Below, piece by piece: positions 38,173 to 48,756 of a stretch of DNA of 64,000 bases; positions within the stretch are counted from its first letter, which is position 1, and each line of letters opens with the position of its first letter. This DNA is from Oscillospiraceae bacterium (GTDB lineage: Bacteria; Bacillota; Clostridia; Saccharofermentanales; Saccharofermentanaceae). The notes under the pieces were generated by a model, which had not been told where the DNA came from, made no database searches, and saw only the letters and a program-made list of their open reading frames with translations. The stretch lies in the NCBI GenBank assembly GCA_902788505.1, contig CADAKH010000002.1, positions 1-64,000 of the forward strand, in the 5' to 3' direction. Both the position numbers and the translations under genes were made by a program.

Positions 38173-39924
38173 ATGGATATTTTCTCGTTTGTAACACTTT
38201 TCGGAGGTCTCGCATTCTTCCTTTACGGAATGAGACTTTTATCCGAGTCACTTAAGAAAACTGCCGGCGGCAGACTTGAAAAGCTTCTCAATAAAGCTAC
38301 TGATAATAAATTTAAGGGCCTGGCTGTAGGTGCGGTCATCACGATCGCTATCCAGTCTTCGTCCGCCATGACGGTCATGCTGGTAGGTTTCGTTAACTCC
38401 GGCATAATGGAACTGCCCCAGACAGTCGGCGTTATCTTCGGTTCTGATATCGGAACCACACTTACAGCATGGATCTTGTCCCTTGCAGGTATCGACAGCG
38501 GTGACAATGTCTGCTTAAAGCTTTTGAAGCCCTCTGTCTTCTCCCTCATCTTCGCCCTTATTGGAATAGCACTTATCATGATCTGCAAAAAGCAGCGTCA
38601 TAAGGATATAGGATCCATGCTCTTAGGATTTGCGATCCTCATGCAGGGTATGACCATGATGTCAGCCTCAATGGAGCCTCTTAAGGAGATGGACAGCTTC
38701 GTATCCTTCATGACCGCCTTCAAGAATCCTATCTTAGGTGTTGTATCCGGTGCGGTTGTTACGGGCATCATCCAGAGCTCTGCTGCTGCGATCGGTATCC
38801 TTCAGAGTATCTCCATGACAGGCCAGCTCACATACGGTATGGCTATCCCGCTTGTAATGGGTGCCAACATCGGTACATGCATGACCGCTATCCTTTCATC
38901 CATCGGTGTTAACAGGGATGCAAAGAGAGTTACTGTCATTCACGTTGCTATCAAGGTTATCGGTACGGTTGTATGGCTTATAGTTTTCTATGTGGTAGAT
39001 GCAATATTCAATTTCAGCTTTATGGACAACAAGGTCGGCATCGTCGGTGTTGCTGCGATCCACTCTATATTTAATATTGCTACAACTATTCTCCTGTTCC
39101 CGTTCTCCAAGCTTCTGGTCAAGCTTGCACATGTTTTCGTCAAGGAGACAGCAGAAGAACAGGAATTCAAGCTCGACGAACGTCTTATGCTTACGCCTTC
39201 GATCGCTGTCGGTGAGTGCCGCAACATGATGGTCAAGATGGTAAACAAAGCCAAGGACGGTCTGGATAAGTCAATGAATATGCTGACCAACGGTTATAAT
39301 TCAAGCGATTTCGACTACATCAAGAAGAATGAGGAACGTGTTGACGGCTACGAGGACCTTTTGGGTACATATCTCATGAAGCTTACTACCACACAGCACT
39401 TAAGCGTTGAGGATAAGAACAGGTCATCACGTATCCTTCAGGCTATCGGAGAAGTTGAGCGTATAGCCGATCACGCAAATTACCTGTCTGATTCGGCTGA
39501 AGAGATCGAGACAAAGCATCTGGAATTCTCCGATGCTGCCCGTGAAGAACTTAACAGGGTGATCCCCGCAGTTCACGATATCTATACTATGGCTTTGGAA
39601 TGCTACCTGTCCGATGATGCTTCCAATGCCGATAATATCGGTCCCTTAAGGATCGTCATCAGTGAGATGTGTGATAAGTTCAAGGCTAACCACGTAGAAA
39701 GACTTGCTGAAGGTGTCTGCACCACAGAGCAGGGATTTGTATTCAATGACATTCTTTACAGCTGTGTCAGAATCGCAGAACACAGCCTCAACATAGCTGC
39801 TATCGCATACAGATTTAAGAGTACCGGCGCCACGGTTCCCGATACGTATATGCACGACTTCAAGCAGCGTAAAGATAAGGATGAAAAGAAGTATCAGGAG
39901 TACATCAGGAAATATAATGCCTGA
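38173..39924 (+). CDS. Na/Pi cotransporter family protein with C-terminal PhoU-like domains
   Basis: N-terminus FGGLAFFLYGMRLLSESLKK...AIQSSSAMTVMLVGFVNSG (Na_Pi_cotrans repeats), then cytoplasmic PhoU-like helices. Confidence 0.8.
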   Translation: MDIFSFVTLFGGLAFFLYGMRLLSESLKKTAGGRLEKLLNKATDNKFKGLAVGAVITIAIQSSSAMTVMLVGFVNSGIMELPQTVGVIFGSDIGTTLTAWILSLAGIDSGDNVCLKLLKPSVFSLIFALIGIALIMICKKQRHKDIGSMLLGFAILMQGMTMMSASMEPLKEMDSFVSFMTAFKNPILGVVSGAVVTGIIQSSAAAIGILQSISMTGQLTYGMAIPLVMGANIGTCMTAILSSIGVNRDAKRVTVIHVAIKVIGTVVWLIVFYVVDAIFNFSFMDNKVGIVGVAAIHSIFNIATTILLFPFSKLLVKLAHVFVKETAEEQEFKLDERLMLTPSIAVGECRNMMVKMVNKAKDGLDKSMNMLTNGYNSSDFDYIKKNEERVDGYEDLLGTYLMKLTTTQHLSVEDKNRSSRILQAIGEVERIADHANYLSDSAEEIETKHLEFSDAAREELNRVIPAVHDIYTMALECYLSDDASNADNIGPLRIVISEMCDKFKANHVERLAEGVCTTEQGFVFNDILYSCVRIAEHSLNIAAIAYRFKSTGATVPDTYMHDFKQRKDKDEKKYQEYIRKYNA

Positions 39925-39935
39925 GGCAATCTGTA

Positions 39936-41834
39936 ATGTCTGAACCATTATCTTTAAAGAAAATATTTGGGACTGCCAGGAAGGTCACCGTTGATTTTTT
40001 TCACGGATTCTGGATGTTCTTAAGAGCTGTATGGCTCCTTTTCAAACGAAGTTTCAAAGAAGTTATGCTCTTTATACTTCTCTGCTCTGTGTTCACCATA
40101 ATGGCCACTTCTTTGCTCAAAGATCTCCTTATAAAGCTCATGCTTAAAGTGACGGGCTATGAATATATAGTTCCTGCAAACATAAAGAATGTGCTCATCC
40201 ATCCTGTTTCTATAATTATGATGATAGTATTTGCCGTCATCATCACCCTGTTCTCAATATTCGAGATTGCGGGTCTTCTGAATGCCTTTTCAATGGGGCA
40301 GGTGGGAAGAACAACAAATCTTATGAGCATGTTCTCGGCAGGACTGCGTGCCTGCAAAAAGGCGCTTCATCCAAAGAACTGGCTCCTGATCGTATTCATT
40401 CTTGTGTTATTCCCGCTGACGAGAGTGTTCCCTCTGGCAGGCTCAACGTTTAAGCTCATCCTGCCCGGATTTGTGGATCAGACGATCGACTATACAACGA
40501 GTCTCAGCATAACTTATAAGATCGCCTATATAGCTCTTATCCTGCTTCTTACGCTCTATCTGTTCTCGATAAACAGTTTTGTTATGCAGAAGGATTCTTT
40601 CTTTAAGAGCTGCAGGGAATCAAGGCATCTCGGGAAAGGCCATTTTATAGAGATCCTTCTTACGCTGACTCTTCTTACGATACTTCTTAATTTTGCGATC
40701 AATTCTGTATCTTCCATCATCGTAGTCAACTGGAATGAAGCTGCAGGCATGTTTTTCGGCAACAGCAAAAATATAGTTTCGAAGGCGGAAAATGTCGGAA
40801 CATATACTTATGTTTTAAGACAGATCCTTAAGAGCTTTATCTCTCCTGCGATCAACAACGCCGCGCTTGCCGTATTGTTCTACCGTTATGTCGATGAGAA
40901 GGATATGTTGAGAACTCTTTCGAGAGATACATTTAAAACCAAGAAAGCATCGAAAAAGAGCGTCATGGCATTCATTATCGTTCTTTCTGTTTTCGCATCC
41001 GTAACAACGGTTTACTGGGTCAACAGATATTCATTTCTTTTCGAGGATGTCGATCAGCCTCTTGTATGCGCACACAGAGGCGATAATGTAAATGCTCCGG
41101 AGAATACGATGCCGGCATTTGAACTTGCCTCAAGTGAGAATCTTGAATGGATCGAACTTGATGTTCACCAGACATCCGACGGGGTAATAATTTGCAATCA
41201 CGATTCAACCATTAAGAGAGTCACGGGAGTGAACCTTTCTATTCACGACCACACTTACGAAGAATTGACCGCGTGTGAGTTCGGTTCGTGGATGCCGGGC
41301 AATTACGAGCATGTGGTAGTTCCGAAGCTTGAAGAGGCATTGTTATTTGCAAAGGAAAACGGTATGCATGTTCAGGTTGAGCTTAAAGGCAACCCGGATG
41401 ATGTAGGCTTTGAAGAGAATGTTCTCAAAGTAATAAATGAGACCGGAATGCATGACAACGTCATGGTCATTGCGCAGGATCTGAAGCGTCTTGAACGTGT
41501 CAACGAGCTTGATCCGACGATAACAAAGGCATACTGTGTCGTAATCGGACTCGGCAATCTGCAGAATCTGGAATGCTCTGATAACATTTCTATCGAAGAG
41601 ACGTATATCACGCCTGAGATGGTTCGCGAGATGCATGCTCAGGGCAAGAAGGTCTTCTGCTGGACGGTAGATAACGACGATACGGTTCAGTATCTTATCA
41701 GCTGTGACGTTGATGTCATCGGCACCGATAACCCGATGCTGATAAGCAACGCCGTCGAAAAGGGTGACTGCTCAGGCGGTATCCCCAGAATTTTCCACAT
41801 CGTTATGCATGTCATAGCAAATATGGATAAATAA
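39936..41834 (+). CDS. Membrane-anchored glycerophosphodiester phosphodiesterase (multi-TM N-domain plus GDPD domain)
   Basis: About 340 aa of TM helices, then the GDPD motifs CAHRGD...APENTMPAFE...ELDVHQTSDG. Confidence 0.75.
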   Translation: MSEPLSLKKIFGTARKVTVDFFHGFWMFLRAVWLLFKRSFKEVMLFILLCSVFTIMATSLLKDLLIKLMLKVTGYEYIVPANIKNVLIHPVSIIMMIVFAVIITLFSIFEIAGLLNAFSMGQVGRTTNLMSMFSAGLRACKKALHPKNWLLIVFILVLFPLTRVFPLAGSTFKLILPGFVDQTIDYTTSLSITYKIAYIALILLLTLYLFSINSFVMQKDSFFKSCRESRHLGKGHFIEILLTLTLLTILLNFAINSVSSIIVVNWNEAAGMFFGNSKNIVSKAENVGTYTYVLRQILKSFISPAINNAALAVLFYRYVDEKDMLRTLSRDTFKTKKASKKSVMAFIIVLSVFASVTTVYWVNRYSFLFEDVDQPLVCAHRGDNVNAPENTMPAFELASSENLEWIELDVHQTSDGVIICNHDSTIKRVTGVNLSIHDHTYEELTACEFGSWMPGNYEHVVVPKLEEALLFAKENGMHVQVELKGNPDDVGFEENVLKVINETGMHDNVMVIAQDLKRLERVNELDPTITKAYCVVIGLGNLQNLECSDNISIEETYITPEMVREMHAQGKKVFCWTVDNDDTVQYLISCDVDVIGTDNPMLISNAVEKGDCSGGIPRIFHIVMHVIANMDK

Positions 41835-41955
41835 ATTACGCGACTCTGCATCTTCGTTACCAGGTCCTCGTGCGCTTCGCTTCTGCGGAAAGTGACTCAG
41901 ATACAGATTCACTTTACGAAGAATTAAACATTCAGTTAATCGTGGATTTATTGGT

Positions 41956-42504
41956 TTAATCGATTGTTCGGTAGAAAACCTCATATCTGCCGTCTTCTTT
42001 CATCTCCATTACCATGTATCCGCGTTTTGAACCGCCTCTCGGTATCGCTATCGAACCGGGATTTAAGATGCGCGGTCCCGAAGGTGTTCCAAAGCCTGAT
42101 TCATAATATCTGTTGAAGGAGGAGATTGCATCCCCGAAGCTGTCGTAGGGGACATGTGTGTGACCGAACAGACAGATATCACACCCCTGCTCCTGCGCGG
42201 TGAGAGACAGTGTCAGAAGTCCGTAGTTTACGCGCTGTAGGTGTCCGTGTGCGCAAAAGAATCTGTGACCTTTGAGTTCAAATACCGCTTCATTTCTTAC
42301 CAGCGAAGGATCTGAGTAATTGTAATCACAGTTGCCTCTGACAAAAATGCAGGGTGTCTTTGGAGCGCCTGCCCATGAGGCTATCTCCGATTGCGGATAT
42401 TCGCTGTCGCCCAGGTGGATCAGCATATCCGGGGACTCTTTCATTATGACCGTTCTTAATGGTCCGCTTATTCCGTGTGAATCACTGACGATAAGTATCT
42501 TCAT
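41956..42504 (-). CDS. YfcE-like metallophosphoesterase
   Basis: MKILIVSDSHG...HLGD...GNCD...GHTH motifs. Confidence 0.8.
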   Translation of the reverse strand: MKILIVSDSHGISGPLRTVIMKESPDMLIHLGDSEYPQSEIASWAGAPKTPCIFVRGNCDYNYSDPSLVRNEAVFELKGHRFFCAHGHLQRVNYGLLTLSLTAQEQGCDICLFGHTHVPYDSFGDAISSFNRYYESGFGTPSGPRILNPGSIAIPRGGSKRGYMVMEMKEDGRYEVFYRTID

Positions 42505-42516
42505 TGCCTGTTCCTG

Positions 42517-43608
42517 TCAGATAAAATAAAAGTCTGTATCCCATCCCGGGATGCATCTTGTGTGGCGCATATATATCTTATAGTCATCTCTTATGGAGAG
42601 GACTTTCTTCACAATAGTGAATACATCTTCACTTCTGTGATAGCATGCGATCTTCATGGCAGGGCAGAACCTGCGGATCGTGTCCTCCGCACCTTCTATT
42701 GCGGCAAGTTCAGATCCTTCAACATCGAATTTAATAAAGCTTACATTATCTTCTTTAAGTGAATCGACGGTGATCACATCGATCTCGCGGGTTTTCTTAT
42801 GTTCGACATTACTGTTGCCAACAGCTCTGGTTCCTCTGCCTCTGGAATCGGATACAAGTTCTTTTCCGGGTCTGCTTCCGACAAGTGCATTGATGCAGGA
42901 TATATCAAATCCTTCTTTTATTAATTCCTCAGCGCAAGCGGTGAGTCTGGCAAAAGAATGCCGCTCGGGTTCTACTGCGACAGCCCTCTCCAAAGCGGGG
43001 AATCTTCCAAGATATTGTTTCAGTGTATCGCCGTAATATGCACCGAGATCTATATAACATCCGCCGGAGATCTCACTCAGCAGATTGAATTCGTCATCCG
43101 GAGCGGATTCGCATTCCGCGAGATAAGATATATCGCCTGAAAGCTTGTAGTTAATATAGTTGGTATAGCAGTTCCTGGATTCATCGTCTGCAAGATGTGA
43201 ACGGATTTCTTCCATGCTGTCTCTGTTTGTCTCATAAAACTCCCTGTTAAATAAGATGTTGCCGTACACAGGGACATCCGGAACGTAGAGCTCTCTTTCG
43301 GATGCGATCCTCAGGACCTGTGAAAGCACCTCGGGTCTTGAAGAACCAAAACAGACAAGCACGATGAAGTCATCTGTCCCGACAGTGCCTGCTACTTCGC
43401 TGTAAGGAATGACTTTGTAACCTCTGAACATTCTGTCTCTGACAAAACCATCGCTTGCGAAAACAGCTTTTATCAGATCCGCTATGCCATGGTTCTCCAA
43501 TACGGTAATTATCTTGTCGGCACCGTCGCCCGTGCCATAGAGCGCAATCGGGCGGCGCCTTGCGGCAAGATATTCCCAAAGATCCTGTTTTATATCCGAA
43601 ATACTCAT
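42517..43608 (-). CDS. FkbM-family methyltransferase with an N-terminal Rossmann-like domain
   Basis: The C-terminal half (YIDLGAYYGDT...FIKFDVEGSELAAIEGA) matches the FkbM methyltransferase domain. Confidence 0.6.
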   Translation of the reverse strand: MSISDIKQDLWEYLAARRRPIALYGTGDGADKIITVLENHGIADLIKAVFASDGFVRDRMFRGYKVIPYSEVAGTVGTDDFIVLVCFGSSRPEVLSQVLRIASERELYVPDVPVYGNILFNREFYETNRDSMEEIRSHLADDESRNCYTNYINYKLSGDISYLAECESAPDDEFNLLSEISGGCYIDLGAYYGDTLKQYLGRFPALERAVAVEPERHSFARLTACAEELIKEGFDISCINALVGSRPGKELVSDSRGRGTRAVGNSNVEHKKTREIDVITVDSLKEDNVSFIKFDVEGSELAAIEGAEDTIRRFCPAMKIACYHRSEDVFTIVKKVLSIRDDYKIYMRHTRCIPGWDTDFYFI

Positions 43609-43768
43609 GGGGATTAGTATATACTCTTTGCCCTTTTATCTACAACTTTTAAAGGGCTTTCGAAGAAAAAGTGAAAAGTTTTCCAAATACGTGCAACATT
43701 TCTATAAACGCATCTGTATTTATGGTAACAAGGCGGACAGCAAACTGTCCGGTATGGAGGATAAAATT

Positions 43769-44842
43769 ATGAAGAAAAGGATTATTACAGCAGCTTTAGC
43801 AGGTATTATCGCTGTATCGATGATCGCAGGCTGCTCAAGCAAATCGGCATCCGATCCTATTCGTGAGCACAATGGTGAAGCCGAAATGTACGCAGCTTCC
43901 GATGATGTTTATCTCACGGCAAACAAGACTCTTGATGCTGCAAACGGTTTTTCAGCCACAGCGGAATTCGAAAGGGAAGACTGGGATGCTCAGCCTTTAA
44001 ACGCACCCGATCCGACAGGCGGAAATATCGATCCGACGCAGGGAAGACTTCTCATCAGGACAGTAACTATCACGGCTGAAACAACAAATTATCTTCAGGT
44101 TGCAGCTGATGTCGAGAGTAAGGTAAAGGAATTCGGCGGATATATCGAGTACTCTTCGATGAGAGGTACAGGCAATAACAGAGACCTCAGATCAGGTACA
44201 TACACAGTAAGAGTTCCTGCAGATAAACTAGATGAACTCATCTCAAGTGTCGGTTCAAACTGCACTGTTATCTCATCAAACGAAAACACCTCTGACGTAA
44301 CACTTGAATATGTTGATACAAAGGCAAGGATCGAGTCTTTGAGAGTCGAATACGATCAGCTCCTTACACTCCTTTCACAGGCAGAAGATCTCGATACTAT
44401 CATCACATTGCAGAACAGATTAAGCGAAGTCAGATATCAGATCGAGAGCGCTGAGTCCAGAGTAAGAGTACTTGAGAATCAGGTTCAGTATGCAACACTT
44501 ACACTCACACTCAACGAAGTTCTTGAGGAAAAGGAACCCGAGGAAGCTCACGTTGTTACTTATGGCGAAAGAGTTTCAAATCAGTTCAAGGAAATGTGGG
44601 AGAACACAGTTGATTTCTTCCAGGGTCTCCTTCTCGGTATCATCGCCTGCATCCCCGGACTCATCTTCATAGCAATTATAGTTGCCGTCGTTCTCATCAT
44701 CGTTTTCACGGCACGCAAGAAGAGAAGAGCCAGAAGAGCTAAGGCATTAGCCCTTAAGGAAGCAGAAGAAAAGAAAGCCTCTGAAAAAAAGACGGAAAAT
44801 AATAACGAAAAAAAGGAGGACAAAAAGGAAGAGAATAAATAA
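43769..44842 (+). CDS. DUF4349-like lipoprotein with a coiled coil, a C-terminal TM, and a Lys/Glu-rich tail
   Basis: Lipobox (MIAGCSS). Start at 43769 is preferred because it follows GGAGG; the ORF-track start at 43607 has no signal. There is a C-terminal TM plus a basic tail. Confidence 0.5.
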   Translation: MKKRIITAALAGIIAVSMIAGCSSKSASDPIREHNGEAEMYAASDDVYLTANKTLDAANGFSATAEFEREDWDAQPLNAPDPTGGNIDPTQGRLLIRTVTITAETTNYLQVAADVESKVKEFGGYIEYSSMRGTGNNRDLRSGTYTVRVPADKLDELISSVGSNCTVISSNENTSDVTLEYVDTKARIESLRVEYDQLLTLLSQAEDLDTIITLQNRLSEVRYQIESAESRVRVLENQVQYATLTLTLNEVLEEKEPEEAHVVTYGERVSNQFKEMWENTVDFFQGLLLGIIACIPGLIFIAIIVAVVLIIVFTARKKRRARRAKALALKEAEEKKASEKKTENNNEKKEDKKEENK

Positions 44843-44975
44843 AAGCAATATCTTAATAAACCGAATAAGTAATAAGCATAGATTAAGTAACTGTAGATGA
44901 AATCTGAGTTAAGGCCGTAGATTAAGGATAATAAGGAATAGCTTGGATTAAGAAAATGGAATAAGATTCAAAAGT

Positions 44976-45692
44976 TCAGAATTCATATACAGAGAAATCA
45001 CATCCGGCTGCGAAGCTCTCCCAACTCCCGGGACCTCCGCAGCCGATGTTGTCATATACGGCACATGTTTTAAAACCGCCCGAAGCGGCACCTTTCAGGG
45101 CCTGCGGAACATCATCGAAAACGACGGCCTTGTCAGGTGTTACCCTGATCCCGGAAGCAGAAATATAATCCGTCGCACGGAGAAAGATATCAGGCGAACT
45201 CTTATCGGTCTTTCCGCCGAGATCTTCTAAAGTGATCACGCAGTCGAACATCTCTTTTATTCCGGTATGTGTTAAAGCGGCATTGGCATTTTGGCGCGAA
45301 AGAGCAGTCGTTACACTCAGCGAAAAGCCGAGCCTTTTGGCTTCGTCAAGGTATTCGCGAGCGCCGCTCTTAAGTTTCACTTCGGATCTGTAGAAGTCAT
45401 AGACCATGGATTCCCAGGTTGCCGCGACTTCCTGCCATGTCATCGGAATGCGGTATTTGGTCTGGGTATATCTTGCGGCATCTTCGATCGAGACACGTTT
45501 TACGAATTCAGTATAATCAGGTGTCACTTCGTAGCCATAACGGCCCAGGAACTCTTTGTCAACATCATGCCAGACGCTCATCGAATCGAGGAGCGTGCCG
45601 TCGAGATCGAATATAAGAAGCCTGACTCCCTCTTTCGAGAGAGCCTTAAGATTCGGATAATTTGAATTTGGAACAGCCGCGCCCTTTTGCAT
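44976..45692 (-). CDS. HAD-IA family hydrolase (beta-phosphoglucomutase-like phosphatase)
   Basis: Motif I LLIFDLDGTLLDS; C-terminal FDDV. Confidence 0.75.
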   Translation of the reverse strand: MQKGAAVPNSNYPNLKALSKEGVRLLIFDLDGTLLDSMSVWHDVDKEFLGRYGYEVTPDYTEFVKRVSIEDAARYTQTKYRIPMTWQEVAATWESMVYDFYRSEVKLKSGAREYLDEAKRLGFSLSVTTALSRQNANAALTHTGIKEMFDCVITLEDLGGKTDKSSPDIFLRATDYISASGIRVTPDKAVVFDDVPQALKGAASGGFKTCAVYDNIGCGGPGSWESFAAGCDFSVYEF

Positions 45693-45694
45693 TC

Positions 45695-46318
45695 TTATTC
45701 CATGAACGAGAGCTTGTCCTTGAGATTCTCGAGAGCCTGCTCGCGCTTGGTGTTGAATTCGACCTTATTGTTTTCGATAAGGTTGTTGCCGTATGAATCA
45801 ATGGATACGATCAACGGTCCAAAGCGCTCAGCCTTGAGCTTCCACATAGCTTCCGGCATTCCCAGGTCGAGCCACTCAACGCCTTCAACGTCGATGACTT
45901 CTTCTGCTGCGACAACAGCGCAGCCGCCGGGAAAGATGGTGTGGATGGCGCAATTGTCGATGCATCCCTGAGTTGTCTTGGGACCCATACCGCCCTTGCC
46001 GATTATGATCTTAACGCCTGTTTTCTCAAGAAATTCAGCCTGGGCTTTCTCCATACGCATTGAAGTGGTGGGGCCTACGCTGATGACCTTGTATTTGTCA
46101 GGCTCGCCTTCGGCATTGATCTTCTTCATGATGGGGCCGGCATGAAAGATTGCTTTTCCCTTAAGATCTACCGGAGGTTCCTTGCCGGAGATGACTACTC
46201 TGTGATGAACATCATCTCTGCCGGTAACGATATCACCTGTAAGATAGATGACATCACCGATATGGACCTTCCTGATATCTTCGTCTGAAACGGGTGTTTT
46301 GAATTCAAAAGTGCTCAT
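45695..46318 (-). CDS. Fe-S hydro-lyase beta subunit (class I fumarate hydratase / L(+)-tartrate dehydratase C-terminal-domain type)
   Basis: Similar to FumA C-terminus/TtdB (GDVIYLTGDIVTGRD...IIGKGGMG). Its stop overlaps the alpha-subunit gene. Confidence 0.8.
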   Translation of the reverse strand: MSTFEFKTPVSDEDIRKVHIGDVIYLTGDIVTGRDDVHHRVVISGKEPPVDLKGKAIFHAGPIMKKINAEGEPDKYKVISVGPTTSMRMEKAQAEFLEKTGVKIIIGKGGMGPKTTQGCIDNCAIHTIFPGGCAVVAAEEVIDVEGVEWLDLGMPEAMWKLKAERFGPLIVSIDSYGNNLIENNKVEFNTKREQALENLKDKLSFME

Positions 46319-47214
46319 AAGACTGCCCCCTTATGTGTGAAGAAATCGTAGGTGAAGTCAGGCCTGATCCTTATGCCTGCTCTTCTGTGCGCCCAGCATG
46401 CAGTGGACATTCCCATTGCAAGTGTTGCGGGGTGTCTTGAAGCCTGCTCGATATTTACGCCCATGACAGAGAGCTTGCCGCCGAATCCACCGGGACCTAA
46501 ACCTATTGAGTTAAGTCCGTCTTCCAAAAGTCTCTCCATCTCGGCAGCCTTGGGATTCGGATTGTGTGAACCTACCTGTCTTAAAAGAGCCTTCTTTGAA
46601 AGCTTTGCAGCTACTTCAGAAGATCCTGCGATACCGATACCGACAAGGCACGGAGGGCAGGCATTAACGCCATAAGTTGTCATCTGCTCGAAGACTGCCT
46701 TGGCGATTCCTTCGTATCCTTCAAGAGGCATCAGGACTTTGGAGAAACCGGGAAGTGAGCATCCGCCGCCTGCCATATAGAAATAGAGCTCCAGTTCATC
46801 GCTGTCCTTTACGATCTCCCAGTCGATCCAGGGACTGTGGGTTCCTATATTGTTGCCGGTGTTTTTCTCATCGAAAACCTCGACAGCATTAGGTCTTAAA
46901 GGCGCCTTTGCGGTAGCTTCCTTTACGGCATCGATGAGAGCATCTTCAATGATGTCCATATAAGGCCACTTTGAGCCGACGCGTGCAAAGAACTGCGGGA
47001 TGCCGGTGTCCTGGCATGAAGGTCTTTTAAGTGAATCTGCGAGCTGCATATTCTTTTCCATGACATTGTAGATATCCGGAGCAAAGCCTTCATTCTCGAT
47101 ATCTTTCATCTGTGATAAACGGAGCTTTACATCGTCAGGAAGATGTCCTGCCGAATAGCTCATAAATGATGCGACAAGTGCCGATAACTGTTCGCGGGGT
47201 AAGTCGGATGACAT
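46315..47214 (-). CDS. Fe-S hydro-lyase alpha subunit (class I fumarate hydratase / tartrate dehydratase N-terminal-domain type)
   Basis: Catalytic-domain motifs SCQDTGIPQFF and CPPCLVGIGIAGS. Confidence 0.8.
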   Translation of the reverse strand: MSSDLPREQLSALVASFMSYSAGHLPDDVKLRLSQMKDIENEGFAPDIYNVMEKNMQLADSLKRPSCQDTGIPQFFARVGSKWPYMDIIEDALIDAVKEATAKAPLRPNAVEVFDEKNTGNNIGTHSPWIDWEIVKDSDELELYFYMAGGGCSLPGFSKVLMPLEGYEGIAKAVFEQMTTYGVNACPPCLVGIGIAGSSEVAAKLSKKALLRQVGSHNPNPKAAEMERLLEDGLNSIGLGPGGFGGKLSVMGVNIEQASRHPATLAMGMSTACWAHRRAGIRIRPDFTYDFFTHKGAVL

Positions 47215-47346
47215 AAGAAAACCTCCGTATAATCAAACGTATGACAATTATATAACAAGTGGCAGTGCGATTGGCTTCCGACTTTCAAAAGAAGGTCAAG
47301 TTCTTTATAATAAGCCAAATAATTAATTGTTTTTATACAAAGGGGA

Positions 47347-48756
47347 ATGGAAATGACCGGAGAAGTTAAAGCAAAGACACCCGTTCTGGGCAAGATCGCT
47401 TCTGATAGGGTGTTATGCTACATATCCATGGCGCTGTTCGTGTTCCTGCCTGTGGCAGAGATAATCACGGAAGTTGTAAAGAGACTGAAGATAAAGGCTT
47501 TCAGACATATTTATCCGTCTTATTATCAGACCTATATCGTTGCGGTCTTCGGTATCATTCTCACACTGTTTGTACTCCTGTCGCTGATCAGCAGAGCATG
47601 GTCAGGCAAGTTCAAATTCTATGTTGCCGATGTTTTCTATTTCACGCTCCTGGCATTCATGCTCATATCGATGTTCTGTTCACAGAACTTCGGTGTTTTT
47701 GCTGAAGGCGTGCCTTTTTATATGGAGCATCCTCTGCATTTCCTTTGCTACTACGGACTATTCTATGCGGGTTCCATGATAGAAGATACGGGCTTGCGCA
47801 AAAAGGTCATTGGCACATACGTTATAGTTGCACTGATACAGGGCATTGTTGCATTCCTTCAGACAAGAGGATTCGAGATATCCTACTGTCTCTATGAAGC
47901 AGACCGTCCGGGCTATACTGCAGCATACGGGCTTCTCCAGAATACGAATTTCTATGGCACACTCTCCTGCGTTCTTACTGCGCTTGTATCCGGACTTTTC
48001 ATCATGAGCTCAAAGCTCTTCAAGACCCGGTTATTAAAGTGGGCAACTTTCGCACTTGCGATTCTCATGTTCTACACCATGATCGCGAGTATGGCGCGTC
48101 TTGCCTGGGTCGGACTCGGTGCCATGATCCTTACATACATCATTTCATTCGTTGTAATGCGCAAAGGTGCGATCGACAAGGATTCATTAAGACAGATCAC
48201 GATAGATTTCCTTACACTCATCATCGGCTTTGTTGCGGTAATCATCCTCAATATCATCCTTGAGTCTTCTATCACAGACAAGATCGAGCAGACAACGGAA
48301 GATGCTGCCGAGATCGCTGAGACAGGAGACTTCGGCAACGGCAGAGACGATATCTGGAGAGCAGCTCTTTCCAGTGTCCCGCATCATTGGCTTACAGGCA
48401 TCGGTCTTGATAACCTTGCGGCAGCATTCAGAGAGCAGCCCGGCTGGCAGCCCGGTATGTATGTCCAGAGCAAGGGTCACTCTGAATATATCCACACACT
48501 CGCTACACAGGGTGTTTTCGCACTGATCAATTATGTGGCACTGCTTGTTTATGCGGCAGCCGGCACAGTAAAAGCCATCTACAACGAAAAGGACGATACG
48601 AAGCGCAGCATTATGTGGATCTTCTTAGGAGTCTTTGTTGCTTACATCTCACAGGCACTTATCAGCAGCAGCGTAATGAATGTCGCGCCGTATTTCTGGC
48701 TCATATTAGGTTTAGTAACACCAAGGACAAAACCCATTTCTTTTAAGAAGAGGTGA
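47347..48756 (+). CDS. O-antigen ligase family (Wzy_C) membrane protein
   Basis: 10 or more TM helices and an external loop with MARLAWVG...NGRDDIWRAALSSVPHHWLTGIGLDN. A TTCAAA-16-TATAAT promoter sits upstream at 47293-47320. Confidence 0.7.
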   Translation: MEMTGEVKAKTPVLGKIASDRVLCYISMALFVFLPVAEIITEVVKRLKIKAFRHIYPSYYQTYIVAVFGIILTLFVLLSLISRAWSGKFKFYVADVFYFTLLAFMLISMFCSQNFGVFAEGVPFYMEHPLHFLCYYGLFYAGSMIEDTGLRKKVIGTYVIVALIQGIVAFLQTRGFEISYCLYEADRPGYTAAYGLLQNTNFYGTLSCVLTALVSGLFIMSSKLFKTRLLKWATFALAILMFYTMIASMARLAWVGLGAMILTYIISFVVMRKGAIDKDSLRQITIDFLTLIIGFVAVIILNIILESSITDKIEQTTEDAAEIAETGDFGNGRDDIWRAALSSVPHHWLTGIGLDNLAAAFREQPGWQPGMYVQSKGHSEYIHTLATQGVFALINYVALLVYAAAGTVKAIYNEKDDTKRSIMWIFLGVFVAYISQALISSSVMNVAPYFWLILGLVTPRTKPISFKKR

